Origin: Phycisphaeraceae bacterium
Lineage (GTDB): Bacteria; Planctomycetota; Phycisphaerae; Phycisphaerales; UBA1924
Assembly (NCBI GenBank): GCA_019636625.1
Contig: JAHBXE010000020.1
Coordinates: 1-64,000, forward strand
Direction of reading: 5' to 3'
DNA: 64,000 nt
How positions within the stretch are numbered: the first letter of the stretch is position 1; the number at the start of each line of letters is the position of its first letter. The notes under the pieces were generated by a model that saw only the letters and a program-made list of their open reading frames with translations, was not told the origin of the DNA and did no database searches. Position numbers and translations under genes: made by a program. Of the stretch, positions 39,845 through 48,519 are shown one piece after another.

Positions 39845-39903
39845 GCTGTCTCGCTGTCTCGCTGTCTCGCTGTCTCGCTGTCTCGCTGTCTCGCTGCCTC
39901 GCT
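39845..39903. repeat. 8-bp tandem repeat (GCTGTCTC)x~7
   Basis: Directly visible. It lies between the nuoD stop and the paralog-3 lipoprotein start, in a 5'-UTR or promoter position. Confidence 0.8.
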
Positions 39904-39908
39904 GTCCT

Positions 39909-41198
39909 CTACCGATCCAACTCCGCCGCCACAACATTGATCGACCCCAGCACCGCCACCACGTCCGCCAGCATGTGCCCCTCCGTCAACTTCGCCATGA
40001 TCTGGTAGTTGATGAAGCACGCCGGCCGCGTCTTCACGCGCCAAGGCCGCGGCCCGCCGTCCGACACAATGTAAAACCCCTGCTCCCCGTTGGGCCCCTC
40101 GTTCGCCCCGTACACCTCCGCCACCGGCGGCGTCCACCCCCGATTGGTCATGATCAACTCGAAGTGCTGGATCAGCCCCTCGATCGACCCGTACACATCC
40201 GCCTTGCTCGGCTTGACCACCTTCGAATCCGCAAACGCATCCACCGGCCCGCCCGGTATCCGGTCGATCAACTGCTCGACGATCTTCGCCGACTGCTTGA
40301 TCTCCTCCAGCCGAACCAGGAACCGCGCGTACACATCCCCATCCTCGCAGATCGGCACCTGGAACTTCACCGCCTCCGCCCCCTGCCCGTCCCAGTTGTC
40401 CTTGTAGCACAGGTACGGCTCATCCTTCCGCAGGTCCCGCTTCACCCCGCTCGCCCGCGCAATCGGCCCCGTCATCGACCACGCGATCGCATCCTCCTTG
40501 CTCAGCACCCCGATCCCCTTCGTCCGCTCGATGAAGATCCGGTTCCGGTTCACCAGCTTCTCGACATCCCTCACCGCCTGCGGCAGGTCGTCGTGGATGA
40601 AACTCTTCACCATCCGCTTGAACACTTCTTCATCCGGCAGGTCCCTCATCAACCCGCCCACCCGCGTCCAGTCCGGGTGGAACCGCTGCCCGCTGATGTA
40701 GTCCACAATGTCGTAGATCTTCTCCCGCGGGTTGAACCCGTACAGGAACGCCGTGAACGCCCCAAGGTCCAGCCCCGCCGCCCCCACGCACAGCAGGTGG
40801 TTCTGAATCCGCGCCAGCTCGTTCATGATCGTCCGCAGCACCTTGCACCGCGGCGTGATGTCAATCCCAAACAACTTCTCCACCGCCCCGTGCCACGTGA
40901 TGTCGTTGTGGATCGGCGACAGGTAATCCATCCGCGACACGATCGTCACGTACTGGTTGTAATCCAGGTGCTCCCCGAGCTTCTCAAAACCCGAGTGCAG
41001 GTACCCGATGTGCGGCGTGCACCGCGCCACCCGCTCCCCATCCAGCTCCAGCACCAGCCGCAGCGTCGTGTGCGTCGCCGGGTGCTGCGGCCCGAAGTTC
41101 AGCACCCAGCGGTCGCCCGTGTCCACGTGCCCGCTGAGGTACTCCGTCTTCTCAACGTCAACATCAAATCCCTGGTCCGGTCGAAGCGTGTACGGCAT
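39909..41198 (-). CDS. nuoD: NADH-quinone oxidoreductase subunit D (49 kDa subunit)
   Basis: NFGPQHPATHTTLRLVLELDGE, RMDYLSP and RIFIERTKGIG are canonical NuoD/NiFe-hydrogenase-large-subunit-like motifs. Confidence 0.85.
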   Translation of the reverse strand: MPYTLRPDQGFDVDVEKTEYLSGHVDTGDRWVLNFGPQHPATHTTLRLVLELDGERVARCTPHIGYLHSGFEKLGEHLDYNQYVTIVSRMDYLSPIHNDITWHGAVEKLFGIDITPRCKVLRTIMNELARIQNHLLCVGAAGLDLGAFTAFLYGFNPREKIYDIVDYISGQRFHPDWTRVGGLMRDLPDEEVFKRMVKSFIHDDLPQAVRDVEKLVNRNRIFIERTKGIGVLSKEDAIAWSMTGPIARASGVKRDLRKDEPYLCYKDNWDGQGAEAVKFQVPICEDGDVYARFLVRLEEIKQSAKIVEQLIDRIPGGPVDAFADSKVVKPSKADVYGSIEGLIQHFELIMTNRGWTPPVAEVYGANEGPNGEQGFYIVSDGGPRPWRVKTRPACFINYQIMAKLTEGHMLADVVAVLGSINVVAAELDR

Positions 41199-41223
41199 GA
41201 GAAGTTCCCGTCGGTGGCTTCCA

Positions 41224-41844
41224 TTATAGGAACTTCGCCTTCGGCTCACCCTGTGCGCCTTTGGTGGGCAAGTTCGAAGTGGGTTTGGTGCCGCGCGGAG
41301 ATTGCCCGGGAATCGGTTCGTTGCCCCATCGGCAACGGATGGTATTCCGAAGTCTCTCCCATCGCTTGAAGACTCCGGCTTCCCGCCTCCGCAGCACCAG
41401 CGCGATTTGGCGGACTTGGAGCCCGCGCCTCTTAAGATCAAGAATCTCGCGGTCGACATCGTCGGTGACATGAGCCATCACACAGGTGATGCCTGCGAGC
41501 GAATCGGAGTCGATCGAAACTCCGAGTCCGTTCGCTCGCTCAGCCTCTCGAAATCGGTTCTCCATTCGGATCGTTCTCAGGCGAGCCATGGCGACATTGT
41601 GCGCCACCGTAGCGAAGAGCGAGCACAACTGTGCTTCCGATACCGCCCGCACTCGTCCCTGGCGAGCCAGATCGTCAACGCGTCGCAGCGTGCTACTCAT
41701 GATGTCGTCGATGTCCACAGCAACGTGCAGTTTGCCGCGCAGCCTCCGCTGAAGCCTTGCCCGAAGTCGGTCATGGTTCTCAACGAGGAACCGAGCGATC
41801 CATAGTCTCTCCGATAAGCCCGAAGCGACATCACCATTGCTCAT
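41224..41844 (-). CDS. ECF-type RNA polymerase sigma factor
   Basis: Sigma-70 region 2 (ERLWIARFLVENHDRLRARLQRRL) and region 4 HTH (DREILDLKRRGLQVRQIALVL). Confidence 0.65.
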   Translation of the reverse strand: MSNGDVASGLSERLWIARFLVENHDRLRARLQRRLRGKLHVAVDIDDIMSSTLRRVDDLARQGRVRAVSEAQLCSLFATVAHNVAMARLRTIRMENRFREAERANGLGVSIDSDSLAGITCVMAHVTDDVDREILDLKRRGLQVRQIALVLRRREAGVFKRWERLRNTIRCRWGNEPIPGQSPRGTKPTSNLPTKGAQGEPKAKFL

Positions 41845-42007
41845 GACACACCTCGCGTCCATTTGTCCAATCGTGGGCAGCCGGCGCATCTCATATACAT
41901 GGTAATGTGCTTCCCGGTTGCTCTGGCGCCGTGAAGAGTGTGAGTCGTACTCGAAACGACATGCGAGGGCTCGTTGCCGGGTGTTCTCTCGCTGAGGAGT
42001 TGCCACC

Positions 42008-43381
42008 ATGAGATCTTACTGTGTCACGCGTGTTCTGCCGATTCTCGCCGTGTGTGCCTTCGCGGGTTCCGCCAATGCACAATGGACGGTGAGTGGAAAT
42101 GATGCGTACTTCAATTTATCCGGCAACGTAGGGGTTGGAACCACAACTCCCGCCTTCAACGTTCACGTGGTCGAAGCGGCCGGAGCCGACGGTACTCGGG
42201 CGATCTATGGGTTGGTCAGTTCCTCAACGGGAGTGACCAACGGTGTGTTCGGACACACAGCCAGCAACGCCGGAAGAGGAGTCGTCGGCTTTGCTGGTTC
42301 CCCCACCGGAATCACCTTCGGGGTGTACGGGCACAACAACAGCGAGAGCGGGCGAGGCGTCTACGGAATATGTTCGTCTCAATCAGGCCAAACATATGGC
42401 GTGTATGGGCAGACCATGAGTACGACCGGTCGTGGAGTCTACGGGTGGGCTTGGAATGCAAACGGACTGACGACTGGTGTTTATGGGCTCTGCGATAGTG
42501 CTGATGGAATCGGAACTGTGGGATATGCGCCATCTACAAGCTTTGGTAGCCTTGCTTCCACCAGGGGGGTGCATGGCGAGGCCGCTGGCCCCGGCTCGAT
42601 CGGCGTCGTTGGTCTCTCCACCGCGTTGACAACGGGGACAAGGGGGGTCACGGGTCAGGTGAGCAGCACGGCCGGCGTCGGAGTTCAAGGGAACGCTTTG
42701 GCCTCAACCGGAGTCACGGCCGGTGTGGTGGGTGTGGCCTCAAGCAATGCCGGGTACGGGATGTACGGCTCCGCTCCTTCCACCTCGGGGCTTGTGTACG
42801 GAGTCTACGGTGCAACGAACAGCACCGTAAGTGGGTACGGTGTGTTCAGTGCTGGCAACTTCGGGGCATCTGGCACCAAGTCCTTCCGCATCGACCATCC
42901 CACTGACCCCACAAACAAGTTTCTGCTTCATTACTGCATCGAGTCCCCCGAAGTCTTGAACAGCTACTCCGGAACAATCAGGCTAGACGGCTCGGGCAAT
43001 GCCGAAGTCGCTTTGCCTGACTACTTCGCCGCCATCAACGCCGACCCGCGCTACGCCCTGACCGCTGTAGGAGCACCCATGCCCCTTCTGCACGTTAGCC
43101 GCGAGATCAGCGCCGCCGCACTGTCCGTCGACCACAAGGCCGGACAGCCAATTGCCCGATGTTCGTTTAGTATCTCCGGCGGCACACCCGGTGGAAAGGT
43201 CAGTTGGCGTATCGATGCCGTTCGAAACGACCTGTGGGTTCGCACAAACGGCGCGCCCGTCGAGATCGACAAGGTGGGGCTTGAGCGGGCCGCCTATCAG
43301 CACCCAGAGCAGTACGGCAAGCCGCCGCGCACCATCCCGTTTGCTGAGTCCGAGGTCAAGAGCATCACCGAACGCGACTAG
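42008..43381 (+). CDS. secreted Gly/Tyr-rich tandem-repeat protein (fibre-like)
   Basis: Signal peptide MRSYCVTRVLPILAVCAFAGSANA. About 14 tandem 14-15-aa repeats (GVYGxxxSxxGRGVxG). Non-repetitive C-terminal domain. Divergently arranged with the ECF sigma gene. Confidence 0.6.
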   Translation: MRSYCVTRVLPILAVCAFAGSANAQWTVSGNDAYFNLSGNVGVGTTTPAFNVHVVEAAGADGTRAIYGLVSSSTGVTNGVFGHTASNAGRGVVGFAGSPTGITFGVYGHNNSESGRGVYGICSSQSGQTYGVYGQTMSTTGRGVYGWAWNANGLTTGVYGLCDSADGIGTVGYAPSTSFGSLASTRGVHGEAAGPGSIGVVGLSTALTTGTRGVTGQVSSTAGVGVQGNALASTGVTAGVVGVASSNAGYGMYGSAPSTSGLVYGVYGATNSTVSGYGVFSAGNFGASGTKSFRIDHPTDPTNKFLLHYCIESPEVLNSYSGTIRLDGSGNAEVALPDYFAAINADPRYALTAVGAPMPLLHVSREISAAALSVDHKAGQPIARCSFSISGGTPGGKVSWRIDAVRNDLWVRTNGAPVEIDKVGLERAAYQHPEQYGKPPRTIPFAESEVKSITERD

Positions 43382-44340
43382 GTGCGCGATGGCGCCTTCA
43401 GTCGTCGAGCGAGTTCTCCGGCGCGTTCGTCGTCATTGTGCAAGAACAGCACATTCTCAGTTCGAGAAGGACGCCACGATCGAGTCACTGGCAGGAGACC
43501 AAGATCCCATCGACGAGCCCACCTCCGCCAGTCGATGGTCAACCCAAATGCCTCGTACCCCGATTCCTGCAGCAGTCCAAAGAGTTCTTCCACGCTCGTG
43601 CCATTGGCCGGAAGCATCTCATTGTTCACCTCAGCAACGATCGCCGGGCGAGCAGATTCCAGCGTTCGGGCGAAGCCCCGCAGAGCCGCGGTTTCGTGTC
43701 CCTCAACATCCAGCTTGATGAGCGAGGGTGCGCCTATCCCCGCAAGCAGTTCGTCTCCCCGGCGAACAGGCACCTCATAGTGCCCGCCCTCGCGACCACC
43801 GTGCCGAGAGGGAAGTCGCCCCAGCGTGGCCGCCCCCGTGTTGCCTGTGGGGGGCAGGGTCAATCGCATCGAGCCGTTGTGATCGCTCAACGCCACGCAG
43901 TGAAGCTGCACCATGTCCAACACATTCTCGGTGACGTGCCACCGCAGTTCGTCGAACACCACAGGGTTCGGCTCGACCGCCACGACTCGACCAGCCGGGC
44001 CCACCAGCCGTGCCGCAAGCATCGTCAGCATCCCGATGTTCGCTCCGGCATCGACAAAGAAATCGCCAGGTCGCAGCAGCGCACGCATCGCGAGTTGGAC
44101 ATGTACATCGAGCAATCGACCGTAAAACCACGCGCCACGCTGGTGGTAGTCGCGCGAATCCAGTCGCATCCGATAGCCGTGCCACACGCCGCGGCATTCT
44201 CGCAGTCCCCCGTTGCGCCAGCGTTCATTCTCCCAGGCGCCCAGGCGACGAAGCACTTTCGCCGTCAAAGGCATGCTCCGCCGAGCCCACCACGCGGCCA
44301 ATCGAACGTCAATCCGGTCAATGCGGGGTGTCGCTTCCAC
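43378..44340 (-). CDS. FkbM-family methyltransferase
   Basis: VDAGANIGMLT and IKLDVEGHE are FkbM motifs. Confidence 0.65.
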   Translation of the reverse strand: MEATPRIDRIDVRLAAWWARRSMPLTAKVLRRLGAWENERWRNGGLRECRGVWHGYRMRLDSRDYHQRGAWFYGRLLDVHVQLAMRALLRPGDFFVDAGANIGMLTMLAARLVGPAGRVVAVEPNPVVFDELRWHVTENVLDMVQLHCVALSDHNGSMRLTLPPTGNTGAATLGRLPSRHGGREGGHYEVPVRRGDELLAGIGAPSLIKLDVEGHETAALRGFARTLESARPAIVAEVNNEMLPANGTSVEELFGLLQESGYEAFGLTIDWRRWARRWDLGLLPVTRSWRPSRTENVLFLHNDDERAGELARRLKAPSRT

Positions 44341-44559
44341 GGCTGAGCGTACTCCACGAATGCGACTGTGGCGCGCGAGTCAGAGAGCCGTCAAGTCCAC
44401 GTTTGTGCGCTCACGGCCGCCCCATCTATTCCCGAACGGTCAACCCGCCGTATCCTCCAGAATACCCCACAATCCAAGCTCATTTACCTCTTCTTACCTT
44501 TTCCCCTCCACCCCCGTGCGCACAAACCCGCCCCCGGCCCCCCCTGTAGAGGAGGGCCT

Positions 44560-45559
44560 CATGTCCACCCTGCCCATCACCACTCCCGTCCAGATCCTCC
44601 CGCCCCTCCGCCTCGCCCAGCCGCCCGATCCCCCGGCCGTCCCCTCGCCCCTTCAAGTCCCATCCGCAACCATCCCCGCGCCCGCTCCTTCCACCTTCGA
44701 CCGCCTCTCCCCCGCCGCGCGCGATCAGATCCTCACCCAGTTCTCCAACTCCAACGCCGACCTCCCCAACATCGCCGTCGGCCGCGGCCTCACCCTCGTC
44801 GAACTCCTCGACTTCTTCGAAGACCCCCGCACCCAGGACATCCTCGACCGCCTCGAACGCCTCGCCCGCCGCCGCGCCGACCACGCCCAGGCCCTCACCC
44901 AGCACACCGCCGTCGAGGCCCTCCGCCTCATCGTCCAGTCCTACCTCAACGCCGAGTACAACCGCCTCACCCCCAACGACTCCCGCTCCCAATCCATCTT
45001 CCGCCGCCACCAGGAATCCGCCCGCCGCTCCGCCAACTCCCTCCTCCGCCCCATCCCCCATCCCCATCGGAACCGCGACCATAAGGGAGCGGAAACCTCC
45101 AACAGACCAACGCGCCCCTTGAGCCCGCAATCACTCGGCCAACTTCAACAGACCCCCAACTCCTCCGCGCCCCACCCGGTCACCAACTCCCCCCACCCAA
45201 CACCACACAAAGCCGAGTCTTCTTTCCCCCTTCCGCGCCCATTCGCGGCTCCTCTCTGTCTTGATCCTGGTTTACACCCATCCGCTCCACTCGCCGCCCC
45301 TCCAACTTCCTCTCGCCATCCGTGCCCATCCGTGCCATCTGTGGCTTCTTCTCTCCCTTCCTACCCGCCATCATCCCCAGCCACCCCCTCTTCCCTTCCG
45401 TCCCACGCCCCGCCATCCGCGGCCAAACCTACACCCCCGTCGACCCAAACCCTCCCACCCCCCGCGCCGTCATCTCAAGTTCCGTCACCTCTTCCACCTT
45501 CACATGCGCCACCGGCGCAATCACCATCTGCGCAATCCGCAGCCCGTGCGTCACCGTGA
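44560..45559 (+). CDS. hypothetical Pro-rich protein (doubtful 3' end)
   Basis: ATG with a GAGGAGG RBS. The N-terminal ~150 aa look protein-like. The C-terminus is low-complexity and overlaps dut convergently. Confidence 0.3.
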
Positions 45560-45869
45560 ACGCCTCCCGCCCAAGATTGATCAGCGGAACCAGCACCTCG
45601 CCCCGGTAGTCCGCATCAATCGTCCCGGGGCTGTTGGGCAGCGTGATCCCATGCTTGCTCGCCAGCCCGCTCCGCGGCCGCACCTGCGCCTCAAACCCCA
45701 CCGGCACCGCCACCGCAATCCCAGTCCGGATCATCGCGATCCGCCCCGGCGCAATGATCAACTCCCCATCCGGCACAAACGCCGAAAGGTCCAGCCCCGC
45801 CGCCAACTCGCTTTGATAGCACGGGATCGATGCGCCTGGATCAAGTTTGCGGATGCGGAGGGTGGGCAT
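45429..45869 (-). CDS. dut: dUTP diphosphatase
   Basis: MPTLRIRKLDPGASIPCYQSELAAGLDL...GRIAMIRTGIAV...PRSGLASKHGITLPNSPGTIDADYRGE are dUTPase motifs 1-5. Confidence 0.85.
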   Translation of the reverse strand: MPTLRIRKLDPGASIPCYQSELAAGLDLSAFVPDGELIIAPGRIAMIRTGIAVAVPVGFEAQVRPRSGLASKHGITLPNSPGTIDADYRGEVLVPLINLGREAFTVTHGLRIAQMVIAPVAHVKVEEVTELEMTARGVGGFGSTGV

Positions 45870-45984
45870 GCCGCAAGAGTAGCGTGTGATGGCCGGAGGG
45901 CGTCGGTGTTGAAGACTCCGAGTTGCGATTGGGTCCCCAGCCAAAGAAGAATTCTCCCGTGCTGGGTTGCAATCCTGTGCCGGT

Positions 45985-47192
45985 ACGTCATGCTTTCACG
46001 GGGGTGTGGACGGGGAATCGTCGAGTTGGTCCCATTGCCTCCAGTCCGTTTGCGTTGTCGAGAAGATCGATGGCGTGCGCTCGCGGCGGCACTTGCGACG
46101 CTGATCGGTGTCACTACAGCCTGGGGTCAGCCCGGTCCAGCCGTCGGTTGGGGGGGCAATACCGGCGGGCAGGCATCGCCACCCGCGGGCGGCTTCAGTG
46201 CGGTGGTCGGCGGCGTCGGCTTTAGTCTCGGTGTCATCGAGGACGGCACGCTGTTGGGGTGGGGTGACAACTTCCACGGTCAGCTCAATGTCCCGGCTGG
46301 AACGTTCAGGGCGGTGGCCGCCGGCGATGGACACGGGGTGGCTTTGCGAACAGATGGCACGCTCGAGGCCTGGGGCCTTAATGTCGTGGGGCAAGCGGTT
46401 GCTCCGGCGGGCACCTACACGGCGATCGCTTCTTGCTTCTTCCACAATATTGCCATTAGGGCCGACAGTACTTTGGTTGGCTGGGGTTACAACATGTATG
46501 GCCAGACCAACGTGCCAACCGGTACGTTTCGGGCGATCGCCACCGGTGACCATCACGGCATCGGGGTGCGCACGGACGGTACGCTTGCACATTGGGGTCG
46601 GGATGCACATGGTCTCTCGAACGTCCCGACGGGTCAGTTCACGGCAGTTGCGGCAGGTACCGATTTCAGCCTCGCGCTACGAACCGATGGGACGCTGGTT
46701 GGCTGGGGTTACAACAACTTCGGCCAGGCGTCAGTCCCCTCCGGCACGTTTATTGGTATCGCAGCTGGCGCAAACTTTGGCTTGGGCCTTCGAAGCGATG
46801 GGCAGCTGGTCGGGTGGGGCCGAAACAACTCGGGCCAAGCGCAGCCTCCCGCGGGTACGTTCACGTTCGTTGCCGCAGGGTACAACCACGGACTGGCCAT
46901 TGTCCCCGCACCCGGCTCGCTAGTGTGCGGAGGACTTGTCATGGCGTCGCTGCTTCGGCGTCCGCGTCGTAGCGGAGCCCAAAGGTACCGCAGTGAAACC
47001 CGGGAGGTGATATGGAGAGCTTTCTTCGGGACCGCAGGCGGCTTGTGGCCGGTTTACTGTTTTGTTGTGGCGGAAAGAGTGTCCTTGCACAACCGGCATC
47101 TCTCGTCGGCTGGGGTCGAAACGACGATGGACAGGCGACGGTGCCCTCCGGCGACTTCAAGTGTGTGGGGGCGGGAAGCAATCACAGTGTAG
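45985..47192 (+). CDS. secreted RCC1-repeat protein with internal PEP-CTERM-like motif (end uncertain)
   Basis: Signal-like RWRALAAALATLIGVTTAWGQP, then ~7 RCC1 repeats (GWGxNxxGQxxxPxGTF...). VPAPGSLVCGGLVMASLLRRPRR at 46902-46973 resembles PEP-CTERM. The ORF continues 74 codons into the next gene. Confidence 0.5.
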
Positions 47193-48067
47193 GAGTGAAA
47201 GCGGACGGTACCCTCGCAGGCTGGGGCGATAACTTCTTCGGTCAAACCACGGTGCCAAGCGGCACGTTCACGTCCGTTGTGGGTGGCCGCGGCCATAGCA
47301 TCGGACTGAAGAGCGATGGAACCCTTGTGGCATGGGGGGACGACGGCTGGCTCCAAGTCAGCGATGTCCCATCCGGTAGTTTTGTGGTGGTTGCGGCCGG
47401 GTTCCACCATGGGCTCGCCATCCGCACTGACGGATCCTTGGCCGGCTGGGGGAAGAACAACTTCGGGCAAGCCACTGTCCCGAGCGGAACGTTCATCGCC
47501 GTCGCTGGCGGCTATGACTTCAGCATCGGGCTTCGATCCGATGGGTCCATCGAAGCGTGGGGCGAGGACACTTCCGGGCAAGCGTCACCTCCAAGCGGCA
47601 CATTCACCGCCATCGCCGCCGGGTGGCACCATGGCATAGCCATCAAGTCGGACGGAACTCTCGCGGGCTGGGGTGACAACACGTACGGACAAATGAACGT
47701 TCCAGCGGGGACGTTCGTCGCCGTTGCAGCCGGTCTCGACCACAGTCTTGGTCTTCGCGGGGATGGGACCATCGTGGGGTGGGGCGACAACACACACGGC
47801 CAACTTAACATTCCATCAGGAGAGTATTGGCGTCTCGAAGTCGGGAGCGCGAGCCTTGGCCATGCCATGGCGATTCGCGGCTGCTGGGTGAACTGCGATG
47901 AGAGCACTGGGAATCCCGCGCTCACCGCCAACGATTACCAATGCTTCATCAACAGGTACGCCGCCAACGACCCCTGGGCCAATTGCGACGGCAGCACGGG
48001 CAACCCATCCCTCACCGCCAACGACTACCAGTGCTTTCTCAACAAGTATGCCGTCGGTTGTTCGTAG
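47012..48067 (+). CDS. secreted RCC1-repeat protein with conserved C-terminal Cys double-repeat domain
   Basis: RBS GGAGGTGA, signal peptide, RCC1 repeats. C-terminus is CWVNCDESTGNPALTANDYQCFINRYAANDPWANCDGSTGNPSLTANDYQCFLNKYAVGCS. Confidence 0.7.
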   Translation: MESFLRDRRRLVAGLLFCCGGKSVLAQPASLVGWGRNDDGQATVPSGDFKCVGAGSNHSVGVKADGTLAGWGDNFFGQTTVPSGTFTSVVGGRGHSIGLKSDGTLVAWGDDGWLQVSDVPSGSFVVVAAGFHHGLAIRTDGSLAGWGKNNFGQATVPSGTFIAVAGGYDFSIGLRSDGSIEAWGEDTSGQASPPSGTFTAIAAGWHHGIAIKSDGTLAGWGDNTYGQMNVPAGTFVAVAAGLDHSLGLRGDGTIVGWGDNTHGQLNIPSGEYWRLEVGSASLGHAMAIRGCWVNCDESTGNPALTANDYQCFINRYAANDPWANCDGSTGNPSLTANDYQCFLNKYAVGCS

Positions 48068-48098
48068 CGAAACGGCGACACATCTCGATCAGTCGCCT

Positions 48099-48446
48099 CT
48101 ACGACCCGATCTCTTCCAGCATCTCCAGGTCCTCATCCGTCATGTCGCGATTCGTCTGCGCGATCACCCGGTTGAGCGCTTCGATCATCCGCTGCGTCGA
48201 AGAGATCGCGCTGTCCAGCGCCGTTCGCGGCATGGGAGCATCCTGCGTGGACCCCCGCTCGCTGGAGCCTCTTTGGGTGGAGCCATTCTGGGTGGAGCCA
48301 TCGCTCCGCGATGGCGGCTCTCCCCTTCCCCGCCGCAGCAGACTCTTCTCGGACCGCTGCTTGTAGTCCAGCAGACTCCGCAGCAGCGCCTCCGCCCGCT
48401 CGCGGGTCGCCATCGTCTCCATCACGATTTGCTGCCGTACCGCCAT
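48099..48446 (-). CDS. small hypothetical protein
   Basis: 115-aa ORF with an acidic C-terminus. No motif recognised. Confidence 0.25.
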   Translation of the reverse strand: MAVRQQIVMETMATRERAEALLRSLLDYKQRSEKSLLRRGRGEPPSRSDGSTQNGSTQRGSSERGSTQDAPMPRTALDSAISSTQRMIEALNRVIAQTNRDMTDEDLEMLEEIGS

Positions 48447-48519
48447 GACGCTCCGAGATCGGACACCCGCGCCCGTTACTTCACCTCACGCGCCGGGCGA
48501 TAACACATTCAGGGTTGAA

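Noticed and set aside
39845-39903. Possible CRISPR array
   Set aside because: It is an 8-bp perfect microsatellite with no spacers. The other repeats in the window are hairpin or REP-like without a repeat-spacer architecture. No cas genes are present.
39738-41369. 543-aa plus-strand ORF
   Set aside because: It is antisense to nuoD.
7926-48067. Calling the shared C-terminal module a bona fide type I dockerin
   Set aside because: The Asp/Asn spacing only loosely fits the dockerin or EF-hand loop, and the invariant Cys pairs are atypical. No cohesin-like partner is visible. It is kept as dockerin-like or uncharacterised.
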